From a virus (taxonomy: Duplodnaviria; Heunggongvirae; Uroviricota; Caudoviricetes), in IMG/VR virus record IMGVR_UViG_3300025467_000526, positions 1-64,000 of that record: DNA of 64,000 bases, one strand, 5' to 3'. This document shows, piece after piece, positions 9,375 to 19,897 of the stretch. How positions within the stretch are numbered: position 1 is the first letter of the stretch; every line of letters begins with the position of its first letter. The notes beneath the pieces were generated by a model. The model saw only the letters and a list, made by a program, of their open reading frames with translations, ran no database searches and had not been told where the DNA came from. The position numbers were made by a program, and so were the translations under genes.

Positions 9375-10599
9375 TCCAGTCTCCTGCTTGATGCCAGCTT
9401 GGCACATTCAACTCCGATAAAGGAATTAGTTGCATACCTTGTTTAAAATTAGGAGCAAACGCAAATCCAGTTGCGGCTCTATCACAAAAGCAAACGTATG
9501 CGTTTGGTATATGGTTATTAATCTTTTCAAGGATTTGATTTTCTTTGTATAGTCTATACGTAAGAGGAGCAAACGCCATAGTGCCTTCATAGCAAAATAT
9601 ATTTGATAAATTTATCATTGTAGTTTGATTAGGATCTAAAAAACTTATATCAACAGTTTGTCCAAGTAAATCTAGTAATATAAATTCGTATGTAATATTA
9701 GGACGTTGTATTGAATGTTCTTTCCAATAGTCTAATGCACGTTGATTATAATCGTACAAAAATACTTTAACAGGATCTGTCATATGTAAATGATCAATCC
9801 ACCATGTACCGCTAGCGGGTGTAAACAACTGAGTTATTGTTCCTTTTAATTCCAGAGATTCTTCTGGAATAAATTCATTGCTACTGGTATGCACAAAGGT
9901 ACTAGAACAATAGTGTTGTCTATAGTATAACCATTCAGATTCTTTTAAAAAATCTTTGTAGCTTTCTGGATAATAATGTTTTTTATTTTTTCGAATTTCA
10001 TTATTAAACACAAGGATAGGAATGTTGTTTTCAAGTGCAACTGAAATTATATGCCATCCATGTGCTTTATGATTATATTGCGATTCGGTATTTCCTGCGT
10101 TTATCCAAGTTGGTGTGTAATCATCGTGTATGTTTTGAAGGCTACGTACAGGTTTCACTTGTATATGTTTACTACCAAGTTCTTGTTGTCCAACAGCTGG
10201 ACATCCTAATCTTTTGTAGACATCTAAATTAATAATGTAGCATTGATGATGCAGTTCATAATATGCATCTCCTCTATCCAATACATGCCCGGCAACTATA
10301 AATTCTGTTTTAACTAGTTCCTTAACATTATCAAAAAAACTTTCGCCGTTAATAAACTCTGTACCTGGCGAATACACAACGGCATATTTGTATCTAGATT
10401 GTACAGCATAATTTATTATTTCATCTTCATAATGGGATACTAGTACATCGAACCCTTTAGTTGTTATATTGCTTATAGTGTAATCTGCAATATTTTTAAT
10501 AACTTCTCTAATTGATAATGGATGATAGGTGTGGATGTTATCTACACAACAAAACACTATTTCATTATTATGTTTAGATTTAAATTTAGTTACGCTCAT
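9367..10599 (-). CDS. hypothetical protein
   Basis: 410-aa ORF in an operon-like overlap chain. No motif recognised. Confidence 0.5.
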   Translation of the reverse strand: MSVTKFKSKHNNEIVFCCVDNIHTYHPLSIREVIKNIADYTISNITTKGFDVLVSHYEDEIINYAVQSRYKYAVVYSPGTEFINGESFFDNVKELVKTEFIVAGHVLDRGDAYYELHHQCYIINLDVYKRLGCPAVGQQELGSKHIQVKPVRSLQNIHDDYTPTWINAGNTESQYNHKAHGWHIISVALENNIPILVFNNEIRKNKKHYYPESYKDFLKESEWLYYRQHYCSSTFVHTSSNEFIPEESLELKGTITQLFTPASGTWWIDHLHMTDPVKVFLYDYNQRALDYWKEHSIQRPNITYEFILLDLLGQTVDISFLDPNQTTMINLSNIFCYEGTMAFAPLTYRLYKENQILEKINNHIPNAYVCFCDRAATGFAFAPNFKQGMQLIPLSELNVPSWHQAGDWIV

Positions 10600-11296
10600 A
10601 ACTTCTTACTAGTAATTCGCAAAACTCCTGTCTACGACTTCCTGTAATTCCATGTATAATTAAATGTGTTCTTGGAGTAGAACTATTGTTGATAACAGAA
10701 TGATAGTTGCTAATATTAACTAAAATAATTTTTCCTTCTTTCCAAGGAACTGTACCTTTATCTTTTAACGTCATATAACATTCTGCTGGATGTATAATAG
10801 CAATGTTTATAGGTAACAATATTTCCAACGGATCAAATGAAGAAGGCATACTGGTCAAATCAAAATCACAATGCGGAGCAATATTCCCTCCTGCACTAAC
10901 TTCCATGAAGCGTACACGAGCTAATTTTTCAAAAGGAAATTTTTCACAAAACTCTTTTATACTAGGAGTTAACGGACTAATACTAGTCCACTGGTATTCT
11001 TCCTTATCAACATAGTGATCCCATGTTTTTGTTTTATCAACGTCTATTCCATGTATACAACAACTACGCCATCCATTATGTGATTCTAAATCTGTATCTC
11101 TGTGCGGAACTAGGTACTGAGAACAAGACTGTGCTTCTTTTTGCCACTCGGTAATATCAAATGTTAAATCTAATTCTATCCATGCAGAATTTAATAAGAT
11201 CCATTGTGCTTGTTGATCAATAGTCAAACCATTAGGAATAGGTTGTTTGATCCAAGTTGCATCTTTATTATATTTGTAAAAATTTTGTGCGTTCAT
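10586..11296 (-). CDS. hypothetical protein
   Basis: 236-aa ORF whose stop overlaps the upstream gene start (ATGA). Confidence 0.45.
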   Translation of the reverse strand: MNAQNFYKYNKDATWIKQPIPNGLTIDQQAQWILLNSAWIELDLTFDITEWQKEAQSCSQYLVPHRDTDLESHNGWRSCCIHGIDVDKTKTWDHYVDKEEYQWTSISPLTPSIKEFCEKFPFEKLARVRFMEVSAGGNIAPHCDFDLTSMPSSFDPLEILLPINIAIIHPAECYMTLKDKGTVPWKEGKIILVNISNYHSVINNSSTPRTHLIIHGITGSRRQEFCELLVRSYERN

Positions 11297-12528
11297 AGGA
11301 AATCGAATAGTTTTTTATATTCTGTTTTTCTAGTAGTATCATATAGCTCTAACACTCGTGTACGTTCAGCAACCACCGCATCGAAATCTTCTGCTTGGGC
11401 AAATAAAAACTTATCTATATTTTGCAAGTAGTTGACTACATTACTATTTTCTTTAAATATTTTGTAATCAAGTTGTAACATTGTTTTTACACGGCTGACA
11501 ATTTGTTCTTTTAACTCTACTGGCAAATATGCTATAGAAAAATAAACTGGGTCTGCAACAAAATTAAAACTGATAGGCAATTTATCTTTCAAATGAGCAT
11601 AGCGTTCAAATTCTGCCATAATTGTTTCTATATCAAAAATATTAAAAATACTAAATGTTACTGAAATTTCAGTTTTAATAATATTGTTCTTTAATAAAGT
11701 TTCAAAGTTGTGTTTAAACTCGTAGAACTTTGCAGGGAATCTGATATAGTGAAATTTATCCGAATCCACGTGATCAAAACTGCAAGTAAGATATACTGAT
11801 TTAAATTGTTCTAATCTATCTATGAGTCCTTGCTCTACGCTAGATAAGTTTGTAATGATTTCAAGTTCAACTGATTTAGAATATCCTCGTTCGACTAGCT
11901 TATCTATAATCTCAAATGTAACAGGATTAATCAAAGGCTCTCCGCCCACTAATCTAATTTTATCTAAGTTTTTGAGAATAGGTTCTAAATTTTTAAAGAT
12001 TATATCGCAATTATCTTTATCAAATCTGTACTGTTGTTTTTCGTTTTTAAATTCTACTTCAATCCATTCTAGCATACTGGGTAGTTGTATATCGTTGGCC
12101 TGCCATAGTTTTATTTCTGTTTCGTGCATTGAACTAGATAACTGACAACACATGATGCATTTTAAATTACACAGATTACCTAACTTAAAATCAAACAACT
12201 TGGGAGGCAATGAATAGCTTCCATCATCTGACATATGAGCAACCATGCCGTCTATGTTTACATTCCTATTTTCATTCTTACGCATCGAATATCCATTGTC
12301 TTTTTCCATGCGCCAGCAAGAATCACAATTAGGATTTTTAACACCGTTGACTAAGTCTAATCTTAATTGTTTATAGTAGTCGCTATTCCAAACAACATCT
12401 GCCGAGTCCGTTTGAATATTTGGGCCAAAACCAAAACTATCACAGCACACTCGGTAATCTCCACTGTTTGTATTGCTCATCATAGTAAACGGCAGTACAC
12501 AAATTGTATCTTTAGAATATATCATCAA
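11293..12528 (-). CDS. radical SAM enzyme, paralog family B
   Basis: CNLKCIMC, VGGEPL, and N-terminal CVLPFTMMSNTNSGDYRVCC. Confidence 0.7.
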   Translation of the reverse strand: MMIYSKDTICVLPFTMMSNTNSGDYRVCCDSFGFGPNIQTDSADVVWNSDYYKQLRLDLVNGVKNPNCDSCWRMEKDNGYSMRKNENRNVNIDGMVAHMSDDGSYSLPPKLFDFKLGNLCNLKCIMCCQLSSSMHETEIKLWQANDIQLPSMLEWIEVEFKNEKQQYRFDKDNCDIIFKNLEPILKNLDKIRLVGGEPLINPVTFEIIDKLVERGYSKSVELEIITNLSSVEQGLIDRLEQFKSVYLTCSFDHVDSDKFHYIRFPAKFYEFKHNFETLLKNNIIKTEISVTFSIFNIFDIETIMAEFERYAHLKDKLPISFNFVADPVYFSIAYLPVELKEQIVSRVKTMLQLDYKIFKENSNVVNYLQNIDKFLFAQAEDFDAVVAERTRVLELYDTTRKTEYKKLFDFL

Positions 12529-12568
12529 CTATTTATAGTGGGTGTTAACTGCCCGATAAATATTGCCT

Positions 12569-13213
12569 ATGTGGACACATTACTATAAACTAGACGAATT
12601 TGGAAAACCCTGCCATGCTCAAATGAGTTACGAACCTTTGATTAATAAAGAACGTAACGTATTCTGCATGAATTTTGATCCTAATAATTCTTATCAAGAC
12701 TACATAAACAAAGTCGGGTTTATTCCAGAAATAGTTCATGAGCTATTTGATCGTGAAGTTAAGTATCTTACCAAGTTTCAAAAATACAGTTGGGCTCCTG
12801 AAGTATTAGATATAGAAGGTAACAAAATATACATTCGCTGGTATGACAACACATGTAATGATATAATTAATACTGGCAATACATTACCGCCTAATTGGAA
12901 AGATCAGCTAACACATATCATACATGATCAGTTAGATGAACATGTTTATAAAATAACACAATACCCACATTGCTTTTATGTAGACAACACCAGCACATTA
13001 CACACATTTGATTTGCATGCCTGTTTTGATTTTGACGACTATATGATGCCCTGGAGCAAACTTAAAGGCGTAATACACGGAAGTAGCGAAGGAAGAATTG
13101 CAGAAGTACAGTCTGAGGATATGGTTAATATGCGAGATATGTTTTTAAATAGTTTACGTACACATATCAAATGGCCTGATAATTACCTAAATGAAATTTA
13201 TAAATTATTATGA
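12569..13213 (+). CDS. hypothetical protein
   Basis: ORF track starts at TTG 12563. ATG 12569 is the more likely start. Confidence 0.45.
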   Translation: MWTHYYKLDEFGKPCHAQMSYEPLINKERNVFCMNFDPNNSYQDYINKVGFIPEIVHELFDREVKYLTKFQKYSWAPEVLDIEGNKIYIRWYDNTCNDIINTGNTLPPNWKDQLTHIIHDQLDEHVYKITQYPHCFYVDNTSTLHTFDLHACFDFDDYMMPWSKLKGVIHGSSEGRIAEVQSEDMVNMRDMFLNSLRTHIKWPDNYLNEIYKLL

Positions 13214-13725
13214 TTAAATGGAAACCAATCGTCGATACGCTATTACTGCTTGACGGTGAGCATGTGTCCTTAAAACATACCAACAACATACCTGTTGGCA
13301 ATCCGCATTTTGTCGAAATTATGAAACAATTAGAATCTGCCAAATATGATTTTAGTTCTGTAGATTGGATCGATTATTATCCTAGTGTACATTTCGATAA
13401 CACCTGTGTCGATGAATTTAGTAAATTAGTAGACCATAAAATATGTAGAGCTTGGATTAGTCGTGTCGACCCAGGAAAAAATGCACCTTGGCATTGGGAT
13501 GTAGACGACCAAGAAACAGAGTTTTTAAAATTAGGTAAGTTAAAGAGATGGACTTGTTTTATAACTGAACCCAAAGTTGGGCATAGTTTAATTATTGGCA
13601 ATAAAGGATTTTACAATGAACCTGCTGGCACTATATATGAATGGCCTAATTACAGAGAATGGCATTGTGCCGCTAACTGTGGTATGGAGCCACAATTCTT
13701 ATTTCATTTTTTAGGATTTAAATAA
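13210..13725 (+). CDS. hypothetical protein
   Basis: 171-aa ORF with an ATGA overlap with the upstream gene. Confidence 0.45.
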   Translation: MIKWKPIVDTLLLLDGEHVSLKHTNNIPVGNPHFVEIMKQLESAKYDFSSVDWIDYYPSVHFDNTCVDEFSKLVDHKICRAWISRVDPGKNAPWHWDVDDQETEFLKLGKLKRWTCFITEPKVGHSLIIGNKGFYNEPAGTIYEWPNYREWHCAANCGMEPQFLFHFLGFK

Positions 13726-14567
13726 TCCTGTGGTATATAGTTAAAAGAAGATCTATGTAACAGACGTTTGTCTATACTTTGAAATTCTAAACGTCTGTGA
13801 ATTCCAAACACCATATCTGCAAGAACAATATCGCCATCTTGCCAATCATGCGAGTAAATATATTTGTCTTGTGTAATATGTTTTGCAAGTTTGTCAATGA
13901 TAGGTTGGCTTTGTTCTTCAGTCATGCCTTTAAAATAAAACATTTGCAAATACGGAAAGAATATTCCTTTCCTACCTTGACGGTTTTCTCTTATAATACT
14001 AGGAGTGTATTCTTCGTTTATAAACTTACCAGGCATGTGTTCTAACGCAGGAGATAATCTTTCAGCGTCGTGACCAAACACTCCTTGTAAATCTTTAATT
14101 TCATCAAATAATTCTGGAGTCAAATCATCGTATGCTAGGAAGTTATTTGTCCATTGTGTTATAGAACCCGTAGTACCTTCTATCCCTCTCAAGTACACAA
14201 TTAACTTACTTGCAGGACTTGCCGGGCCATTACAATGCCATTTTAATTCCGCCGGGTGCCCAAAGATTCCAGTCTTGCCATCTTTAACTATACGTCCGGT
14301 CACAGGAATTAATTTGCATTCACTATCAGGAATCACACACTTACCAATGGTTTCTGATTCGGGTGGTTTATCGTATGTTTCCACTTCGTGAAACAAGTTA
14401 ATAAACTTTAGTTCATCTTTCATTGTAATGTTAGTTCTAGGGATCACTACCAGGGTGTTAGAATCAAGTAGTCGACAAATTTCATTTGCATCTTCTTGAG
14501 TTGGATTTATAAGATCAATTTCGTCAACTATTACAGTCCACCCATTTTCGTGTATATGATATTTCAT
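13704..14567 (-). CDS. TauD/TfdA-family Fe(II)/2-oxoglutarate dioxygenase-like protein
   Basis: C-terminal YSHDWQDGDIVLADMVFGIHRR resembles the TauD signature (W.xGD…WDNR…HR). Length 287 aa, similar to TauD. Confidence 0.5.
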   Translation of the reverse strand: MKYHIHENGWTVIVDEIDLINPTQEDANEICRLLDSNTLVVIPRTNITMKDELKFINLFHEVETYDKPPESETIGKCVIPDSECKLIPVTGRIVKDGKTGIFGHPAELKWHCNGPASPASKLIVYLRGIEGTTGSITQWTNNFLAYDDLTPELFDEIKDLQGVFGHDAERLSPALEHMPGKFINEEYTPSIIRENRQGRKGIFFPYLQMFYFKGMTEEQSQPIIDKLAKHITQDKYIYSHDWQDGDIVLADMVFGIHRRLEFQSIDKRLLHRSSFNYIPQDYLNPKK

Positions 14568-15370
14568 TAATAATTTTCCAAGTTGTCAATGCCTAACTTT
14601 TTACGAAACTCTTCCGTAAACTTACCGTCAATTCGTAAACCATAGCTTTGTCGCATAATACGATCACCGCCGTGCCAATCTTGATCATTCCACCATGCGG
14701 CACGACAATTGATATAATGTTTGTTTTTAGTTTCTGGATCCCATAGATAAAAAGGTCTTTCTAAATTAGGACGAATATGAATAAACTCGTTGCGATGTGG
14801 ACTATAACCTTTTGGTCCTTGTTCTCCGCTCAAATCTCTATGTTCCCAACTGATACCGTCGGCATCGCATACAAAAAATATTACACGGCCGATATGTTCA
14901 AAGATACCGTTGGTAATAGTTTGCTCTACCCATTTAACTACATTAGGGAAATACTTTGCTTCTTCTGTTAGTTTACGCGGTGCAGTCCTGTCATCCCAGG
15001 AACCTTCTTCCCACAAAAAATAGTAAGTGTAAGGATCGTATGCACCCATGGCAATTTTAAGATAACGAGTAAAGATGTTTCTTTGCTTGTATTTCTTAAA
15101 GTCTTTATAATATTCCATTCCTTTTAGTTTGATAGGATTATCATCTGGTAACGATAAAAATTCTTCCATAGCTTTGTAAATTGGTTTCCAATGCATGATA
15201 TAACTCATGTCTGCAATATCAAAGCCTGGTTTCATCCAAGTGCCTTCTTTAGCAAACTCCATTGCGTCGGCAAAGCCTTCGTGTATTTCTTGTTGTAGTG
15301 CGTCAAACCCTTGCATGTCTAAATGTGGCGACATATCAAAATAAGGAATATTATTAATGCCTTTAATCAT
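14567..15370 (-). CDS. hypothetical protein, paralog of 15367..16164; possible cupin/2OG-oxygenase fold
   Basis: Shares N-terminal GIN..P..DMS..LD, central YYFLWEEGSWDD and C-terminal blocks with the neighbouring gene. Carries HRD…H…RxS-like residues (WEHRD, DWHGGDRIMRQS). Confidence 0.4.
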   Translation of the reverse strand: MIKGINNIPYFDMSPHLDMQGFDALQQEIHEGFADAMEFAKEGTWMKPGFDIADMSYIMHWKPIYKAMEEFLSLPDDNPIKLKGMEYYKDFKKYKQRNIFTRYLKIAMGAYDPYTYYFLWEEGSWDDRTAPRKLTEEAKYFPNVVKWVEQTITNGIFEHIGRVIFFVCDADGISWEHRDLSGEQGPKGYSPHRNEFIHIRPNLERPFYLWDPETKNKHYINCRAAWWNDQDWHGGDRIMRQSYGLRIDGKFTEEFRKKLGIDNLENY

Positions 15371-16164
15371 AAATTTAATTCCTTTTTCATAGCATCTGTA
15401 AAATATCCGTCAACACGTAGTGACCAAGCGGGTGCAATATGTCTAACTGCCGAATGCCATTCTTTTGCATTAAACCAGCATGCCCATGAATTAGCAAAAT
15501 ACTTGTCTTTGTTATCAGCATCGAATACATAGAAAGGTCTACTAGTGTCAGAACGTAAATGTATAAAATGAGGTAATTGATCAATATCATCATGCACCTT
15601 ATCTAACGGCAACCGCAAGTCACTGTCTGGTGCTAGGTCATAATGTTCTACAGTTCTTCCATCATGCTCAACGTAAAATATACATACCCGGAATATACTA
15701 TCAAACATTGTTCCAATTAAAGAATTTGCCCATGCCATCACTGAAGGAAACTTTTCTGCAAGCTCGGGTAGTTTAGCATCGGGCATAGTTGTGCCGCCAA
15801 AGTTTTCATTTGTAGTTAAGTAAAAAACACGAAGTGGATCATACACTCCGTATTTTGATTTAAAAAATCTAATTAGTTTATTTCTAGAAGTTACGTTATC
15901 TAGATTATTGTGCCACTGCTTTGCTTTAGAGTCATCTGTAATATCTGGATCTTTCAAGAAATCCTTTAATCCGTCCGGAATAGTTTTCCAGTCTTGCGGA
16001 TTAGTTGAGTTAGGATGATTTTCAATATCAATCCATATACCTTCAAATGCATCTAACTTGGTTTCTGCAAGCCCAGCTATAATTTCAGGTTCAAGTTTTT
16101 GAAACGCTTCTCTATCTAAGAAACGACTCATGTCTACTATTGGCTGACCGTTAATCCCTCGCAT
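15367..16164 (-). CDS. hypothetical protein, paralog of 14567..15370
   Basis: Start trimmed to the internal Met (MRGINGQPIVDMSRFLD) that aligns with the paralog N-terminus (MIKGINNIPYFDMSPHLD). The ORF track extends to 16221. Confidence 0.4.
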   Translation of the reverse strand: MRGINGQPIVDMSRFLDREAFQKLEPEIIAGLAETKLDAFEGIWIDIENHPNSTNPQDWKTIPDGLKDFLKDPDITDDSKAKQWHNNLDNVTSRNKLIRFFKSKYGVYDPLRVFYLTTNENFGGTTMPDAKLPELAEKFPSVMAWANSLIGTMFDSIFRVCIFYVEHDGRTVEHYDLAPDSDLRLPLDKVHDDIDQLPHFIHLRSDTSRPFYVFDADNKDKYFANSWACWFNAKEWHSAVRHIAPAWSLRVDGYFTDAMKKELNL

Positions 16165-16846
16165 ATATTTGTTTTGCCTTTTTAATAAAATCTTCTGGAT
16201 ACATATTACTAAAACAATCAAATGTAAGTTGTTGTATTACGTTTAACGGATATTTTGTATTCCAATCTAAATTAATAGAATCTGTATATTTTTTTAACTG
16301 TTCTTGTCTTTGTAAACTAATGTGACTTTGTACACTTGCAATGGATAAATCGGGTTCATTGCTACTGTAAGTAAAAAAATAGTTGATGCTTTTTAGTTTG
16401 CCATCTACAATAAAATAACTGCTTGGGTGCATACTGTACTTGTACCAGCCTCTGTCTTTGTGTGCTTGGATAATGGCTAGCATTTGATCCTGCCAGTCTG
16501 GTAGTATTTCATTAAACGAACAATTACGGTCTAAACTTTGTTGCCAAAAATCAACACCACCAATTTCTAAATAAATTTTACGTTCTGGAACATTTACTTC
16601 TTTAATTGCTGGAACCATGTCTGGATTATGCCAAGCCATGTTGCTAATGAAGTGCAATTCTCGATTCCATTTTTCATCCATTAGTTCTTGGTCAATTACT
16701 TGATTCTTACCCTGGTGATATTCGGAATCATTATGATACCACATACAAAATGTTTTACTATCACTACTAATTAAACTAGTATAGATTAAGTTATTTCTAC
16801 AAGGTTCTTCACCTGGTACGCGATTGTAATAGTATTCAAACTGCAT
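16151..16846 (-). CDS. hypothetical protein
   Basis: 231-aa ORF, first gene of the minus-strand run. Confidence 0.45.
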   Translation of the reverse strand: MQFEYYYNRVPGEEPCRNNLIYTSLISSDSKTFCMWYHNDSEYHQGKNQVIDQELMDEKWNRELHFISNMAWHNPDMVPAIKEVNVPERKIYLEIGGVDFWQQSLDRNCSFNEILPDWQDQMLAIIQAHKDRGWYKYSMHPSSYFIVDGKLKSINYFFTYSSNEPDLSIASVQSHISLQRQEQLKKYTDSINLDWNTKYPLNVIQQLTFDCFSNMYPEDFIKKAKQIYARD

Positions 16847-16907
16847 AAAATCTCCCTATAGCTCTATTTATTTTCTGCCCTTAACTCTACAACATAAATA
16901 TTGTACT

Positions 16908-17984
16908 ATGAAAATTACAAAAATACCCGGCTTAGGAAGATTCGGAATCTTTATCGATGATGTAGACTTTACTACAATGTCAGATGACCAGTGGTTAGAA
17001 ATCGGACAACTGCATTTACAAAACTTAGTTACAATCATACGAGACTGTAACATGCCTTGGGAAACTCAACCAGACTGGTGTGAAAAGTTTGGTCCCAGAC
17101 GCAGTGGAGTACGCTACCATATGGAAAAGAAGTATGGTCAACAATGGAATTGGTTATTCAAAGAAGCACAAGCAAATAATCCTATTATTAGTGAATTGGA
17201 TCGAGAACGTATACAAGCTATTGCCAAAGTACAGTATCAAACTCCAGGCGGAAAAAGTTTCATGAAAGTGAGTGGAGCCAAGGATGAACACGGTAATGCA
17301 CTTGGGATGTTTGCAGAAGGCGAATTACTATGGCATAGTAACGAATCGGGTACGCTGACATTTACTCCGGGCGTTGCATTGTTGGGTGTGCAGAACATGA
17401 TAGGATCTGCTACAGGATTTATCACAACTACTGATTATTATGAAAATGTAAGCAATGCATTTCGTAGCGAATTAGATGAAATGATACTGTTACATAGATT
17501 TATCCCGGGTGCTATTAATCCAGGTCTACGTGCAGATCAAGATGAAATCATGCATGCCAATATGTGTCCAGAAGACGATACCGAAATACCAATGACCATT
17601 TTAAGTCCAGGTGGTATCAAAGGACTGCATTATAGTATTAATACTGCTTATAGTATTAAGGGCATGAGCAAAGAATCCAGCGATGAAATATTTGCTATGA
17701 TTAACAAAGAATTATTTGTAGACAAATACATCTATGATCACTGGTATCAAAGTGATCACGACTTGTGTTTGTTTGACAACAGTATTACATTACACAGAAG
17801 ATTAGGCGATATCAAAGAACGTGTGTGCCATCGTGTCCCACATGACTACACTAAATTACATAGCAACTTTTGGCAGCCTTATAGCCAACCAGATGTTGCT
17901 GATCAATTCGAAAAAGAAATTCTTTACTATGTTGATTTATGCAAGGTTAGAGGATACAGAATGCCTGACGGAAGTTTGTCTTGA
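16908..17984 (+). CDS. TauD/TfdA-like dioxygenase-fold protein
   Basis: C-terminal HWYQSDHDLCLFDNSITLHRR matches the pattern of the TauD C-terminal motif. An earlier LWHSNES lies where HxD would be. The metal ligands are not fully canonical. Confidence 0.45.
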   Translation: MKITKIPGLGRFGIFIDDVDFTTMSDDQWLEIGQLHLQNLVTIIRDCNMPWETQPDWCEKFGPRRSGVRYHMEKKYGQQWNWLFKEAQANNPIISELDRERIQAIAKVQYQTPGGKSFMKVSGAKDEHGNALGMFAEGELLWHSNESGTLTFTPGVALLGVQNMIGSATGFITTTDYYENVSNAFRSELDEMILLHRFIPGAINPGLRADQDEIMHANMCPEDDTEIPMTILSPGGIKGLHYSINTAYSIKGMSKESSDEIFAMINKELFVDKYIYDHWYQSDHDLCLFDNSITLHRRLGDIKERVCHRVPHDYTKLHSNFWQPYSQPDVADQFEKEILYYVDLCKVRGYRMPDGSLS

Positions 17985-18592
17985 ATCCGTATGCCGTTGA
18001 AAATACATACCACGTAATTTATCACGAAACATGTGATGAGTTCGAACGTGTACGCAGTATCTGTTTAGAAGAGAATAATTGGTTACAGAAAAATTATACT
18101 CAAGAAAAATTAGTTATAGAAGATCATAGTGGTTATGTTGTAGTATATCAGAAAGAAACTAACAAACCTATTATCATGGCAGGTGCATATAATGGCATGT
18201 TTCCTTCTAACGTAGCTCGATTAGCCAACAGATTATATTTGTTTCCAGAATTTCGTTGCGGTAGACACAACATGATAGAATCTTACAAACTTCATCATGA
18301 ACGTATAGTTAAGCCTTTAATGGCTATTAACGATTACAATCTGTATGTTATCACTATGCAAAATCGTACTCGTGGAAACAAGGGGTGGTGGAGTCGTTGG
18401 AAAAAAATGATGCAAGAATCCAGCAATAATATGTGGACTGAAGCAGATGGCTATTTGCAAACATGTCCATGGCTTGTTCAAAAGTGTTGTCAAAATTTTG
18501 TTTATACAGAATTAAAAAAAGGTACATTTAAAGAATGGAACCCAAAAATTATAACCGAGGCGGAATGGCAAGTATTGCCTGAAGGTACATGA
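17981..18592 (+). CDS. hypothetical protein (probable TTG start)
   Basis: 203-aa ORF. The first in-frame ATG is far downstream, so TTG 17981, overlapping the upstream stop, is the likely start. Confidence 0.4.
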   Translation: MNPYAVENTYHVIYHETCDEFERVRSICLEENNWLQKNYTQEKLVIEDHSGYVVVYQKETNKPIIMAGAYNGMFPSNVARLANRLYLFPEFRCGRHNMIESYKLHHERIVKPLMAINDYNLYVITMQNRTRGNKGWWSRWKKMMQESSNNMWTEADGYLQTCPWLVQKCCQNFVYTELKKGTFKEWNPKIITEAEWQVLPEGT

Positions 18593-19323
18593 CATTAAAC
18601 AAAAAGTTACGAACCTTACAATTTTTAAATCTTTTCTTATCTATCGTAGGATTGTGTTATTATGGGTTTGATTACTTGTTGTTGAGTTATCTAGTTTTTG
18701 TTTTGTTATGCCCTATTGGAATTAGTGCAGGGTTACATAGATACTTTACACACAAGTCTTATAAAACATCTAAGTTCTGGGAAAGAACTATGTTGCTGTT
18801 AAGTGTATATGCTACTGTAGGTAGCAGTATAGCTTGGGTCGGTGTTCACAGAGCACATCATACATTTACCGACAAACCCTACGACCCGCATAGTCCAGCT
18901 GATGGAGTATTCAAAGCATGGACTGGTATAGGGCATACTGAAACTAAGATCCCAGTTAGTTTTGTAAAAGATCTATTAAGAGATCCGTTACATAGATTTA
19001 TACACGATAATTATTTTAAAATTTTATTGATTCCAGTAATTGCATTATTTCTGTATAGTCCAATGCTCGGAGTTTTTTTATATGCTATACCTGCAACTCT
19101 GGCGCTACAAACAACTAGCATAGTTAATGTACTAGGACACACACAAGGATATCGCAGTTACAATACTGACGATTGCAGTAGCAATAGTTGGATTGCTAAC
19201 ATTCTTAGTTTAGGAGAAGGATGGCATAATAACCATCATCATTATCCCAGCAATTTTAGTTTAACAGAACGTTGGTGGGAATGGGATTTAATTGGCGAAT
19301 TTATAGAGGCAATTCGCCTATAA
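18589..19323 (+). CDS. membrane fatty-acid (acyl-lipid/acyl-CoA delta9-type) desaturase-like protein
   Basis: Three His boxes match the stearoyl-CoA/DesC-type desaturase pattern: HRYFTH, HRAHHTF…DPHSP, and GEGWHNNHHHYP. The N-terminus is hydrophobic. Confidence 0.6.
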   Translation: MTLNKKLRTLQFLNLFLSIVGLCYYGFDYLLLSYLVFVLLCPIGISAGLHRYFTHKSYKTSKFWERTMLLLSVYATVGSSIAWVGVHRAHHTFTDKPYDPHSPADGVFKAWTGIGHTETKIPVSFVKDLLRDPLHRFIHDNYFKILLIPVIALFLYSPMLGVFLYAIPATLALQTTSIVNVLGHTQGYRSYNTDDCSSNSWIANILSLGEGWHNNHHHYPSNFSLTERWWEWDLIGEFIEAIRL

Positions 19324-19897
19324 TCATATAGCGGGTATACATCTGTGTTTCTAACTCACCGGACCATATGACATCAAGTTTACTTTGTTCTTCAAAATGT
19401 TGTAAACTAGTAGAAGTTCTAATGTGTTCTGGTAACTCATAATTGTTGCCTTGCAACACAATCAAACTATCTTTTCTAAGACCCGACAACCATAGCTCGT
19501 AATCTTCTTGAGTGATATGTTCACAGCTAGTATTAATAACAACATCAGCCTCGCTAGGCACGTTTATCATATTAGCATGGATGAATTCAAACCTGCCCTG
19601 TATATGTTCAATCTTGTTCATCATCTCGGATATAGATTTACAGTTTATATCTAAATCTATATTGTTAATTTTTTCAACAGTCATTCCACTTTGAAATATC
19701 ATACTGGCTAGAGTACCTACCCACCCTGCGTATATGTCAATATTAACAGGCTGATCAATTTCTAATTTCAAATGTTCTATCAGCCATTCTTTACTTTTAA
19801 TTTGTCCGCGCCAAAACGCTTCTAAAGTTTGACTTGGATTGTCGCTATCTCTTATAGCACACATCCAATAATGTAAATGTTCTGTATCAATTAGCAT
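19301..19897 (-). CDS. hypothetical protein, possible SAM-dependent methyltransferase fold
   Basis: NIDIYAGWVGTLA is a weak glycine-rich motif-I-like segment, followed by an acidic DVVIN. The assignment is weak. Confidence 0.3.
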   Translation of the reverse strand: MLIDTEHLHYWMCAIRDSDNPSQTLEAFWRGQIKSKEWLIEHLKLEIDQPVNIDIYAGWVGTLASMIFQSGMTVEKINNIDLDINCKSISEMMNKIEHIQGRFEFIHANMINVPSEADVVINTSCEHITQEDYELWLSGLRKDSLIVLQGNNYELPEHIRTSTSLQHFEEQSKLDVIWSGELETQMYTRYMIIGELPL

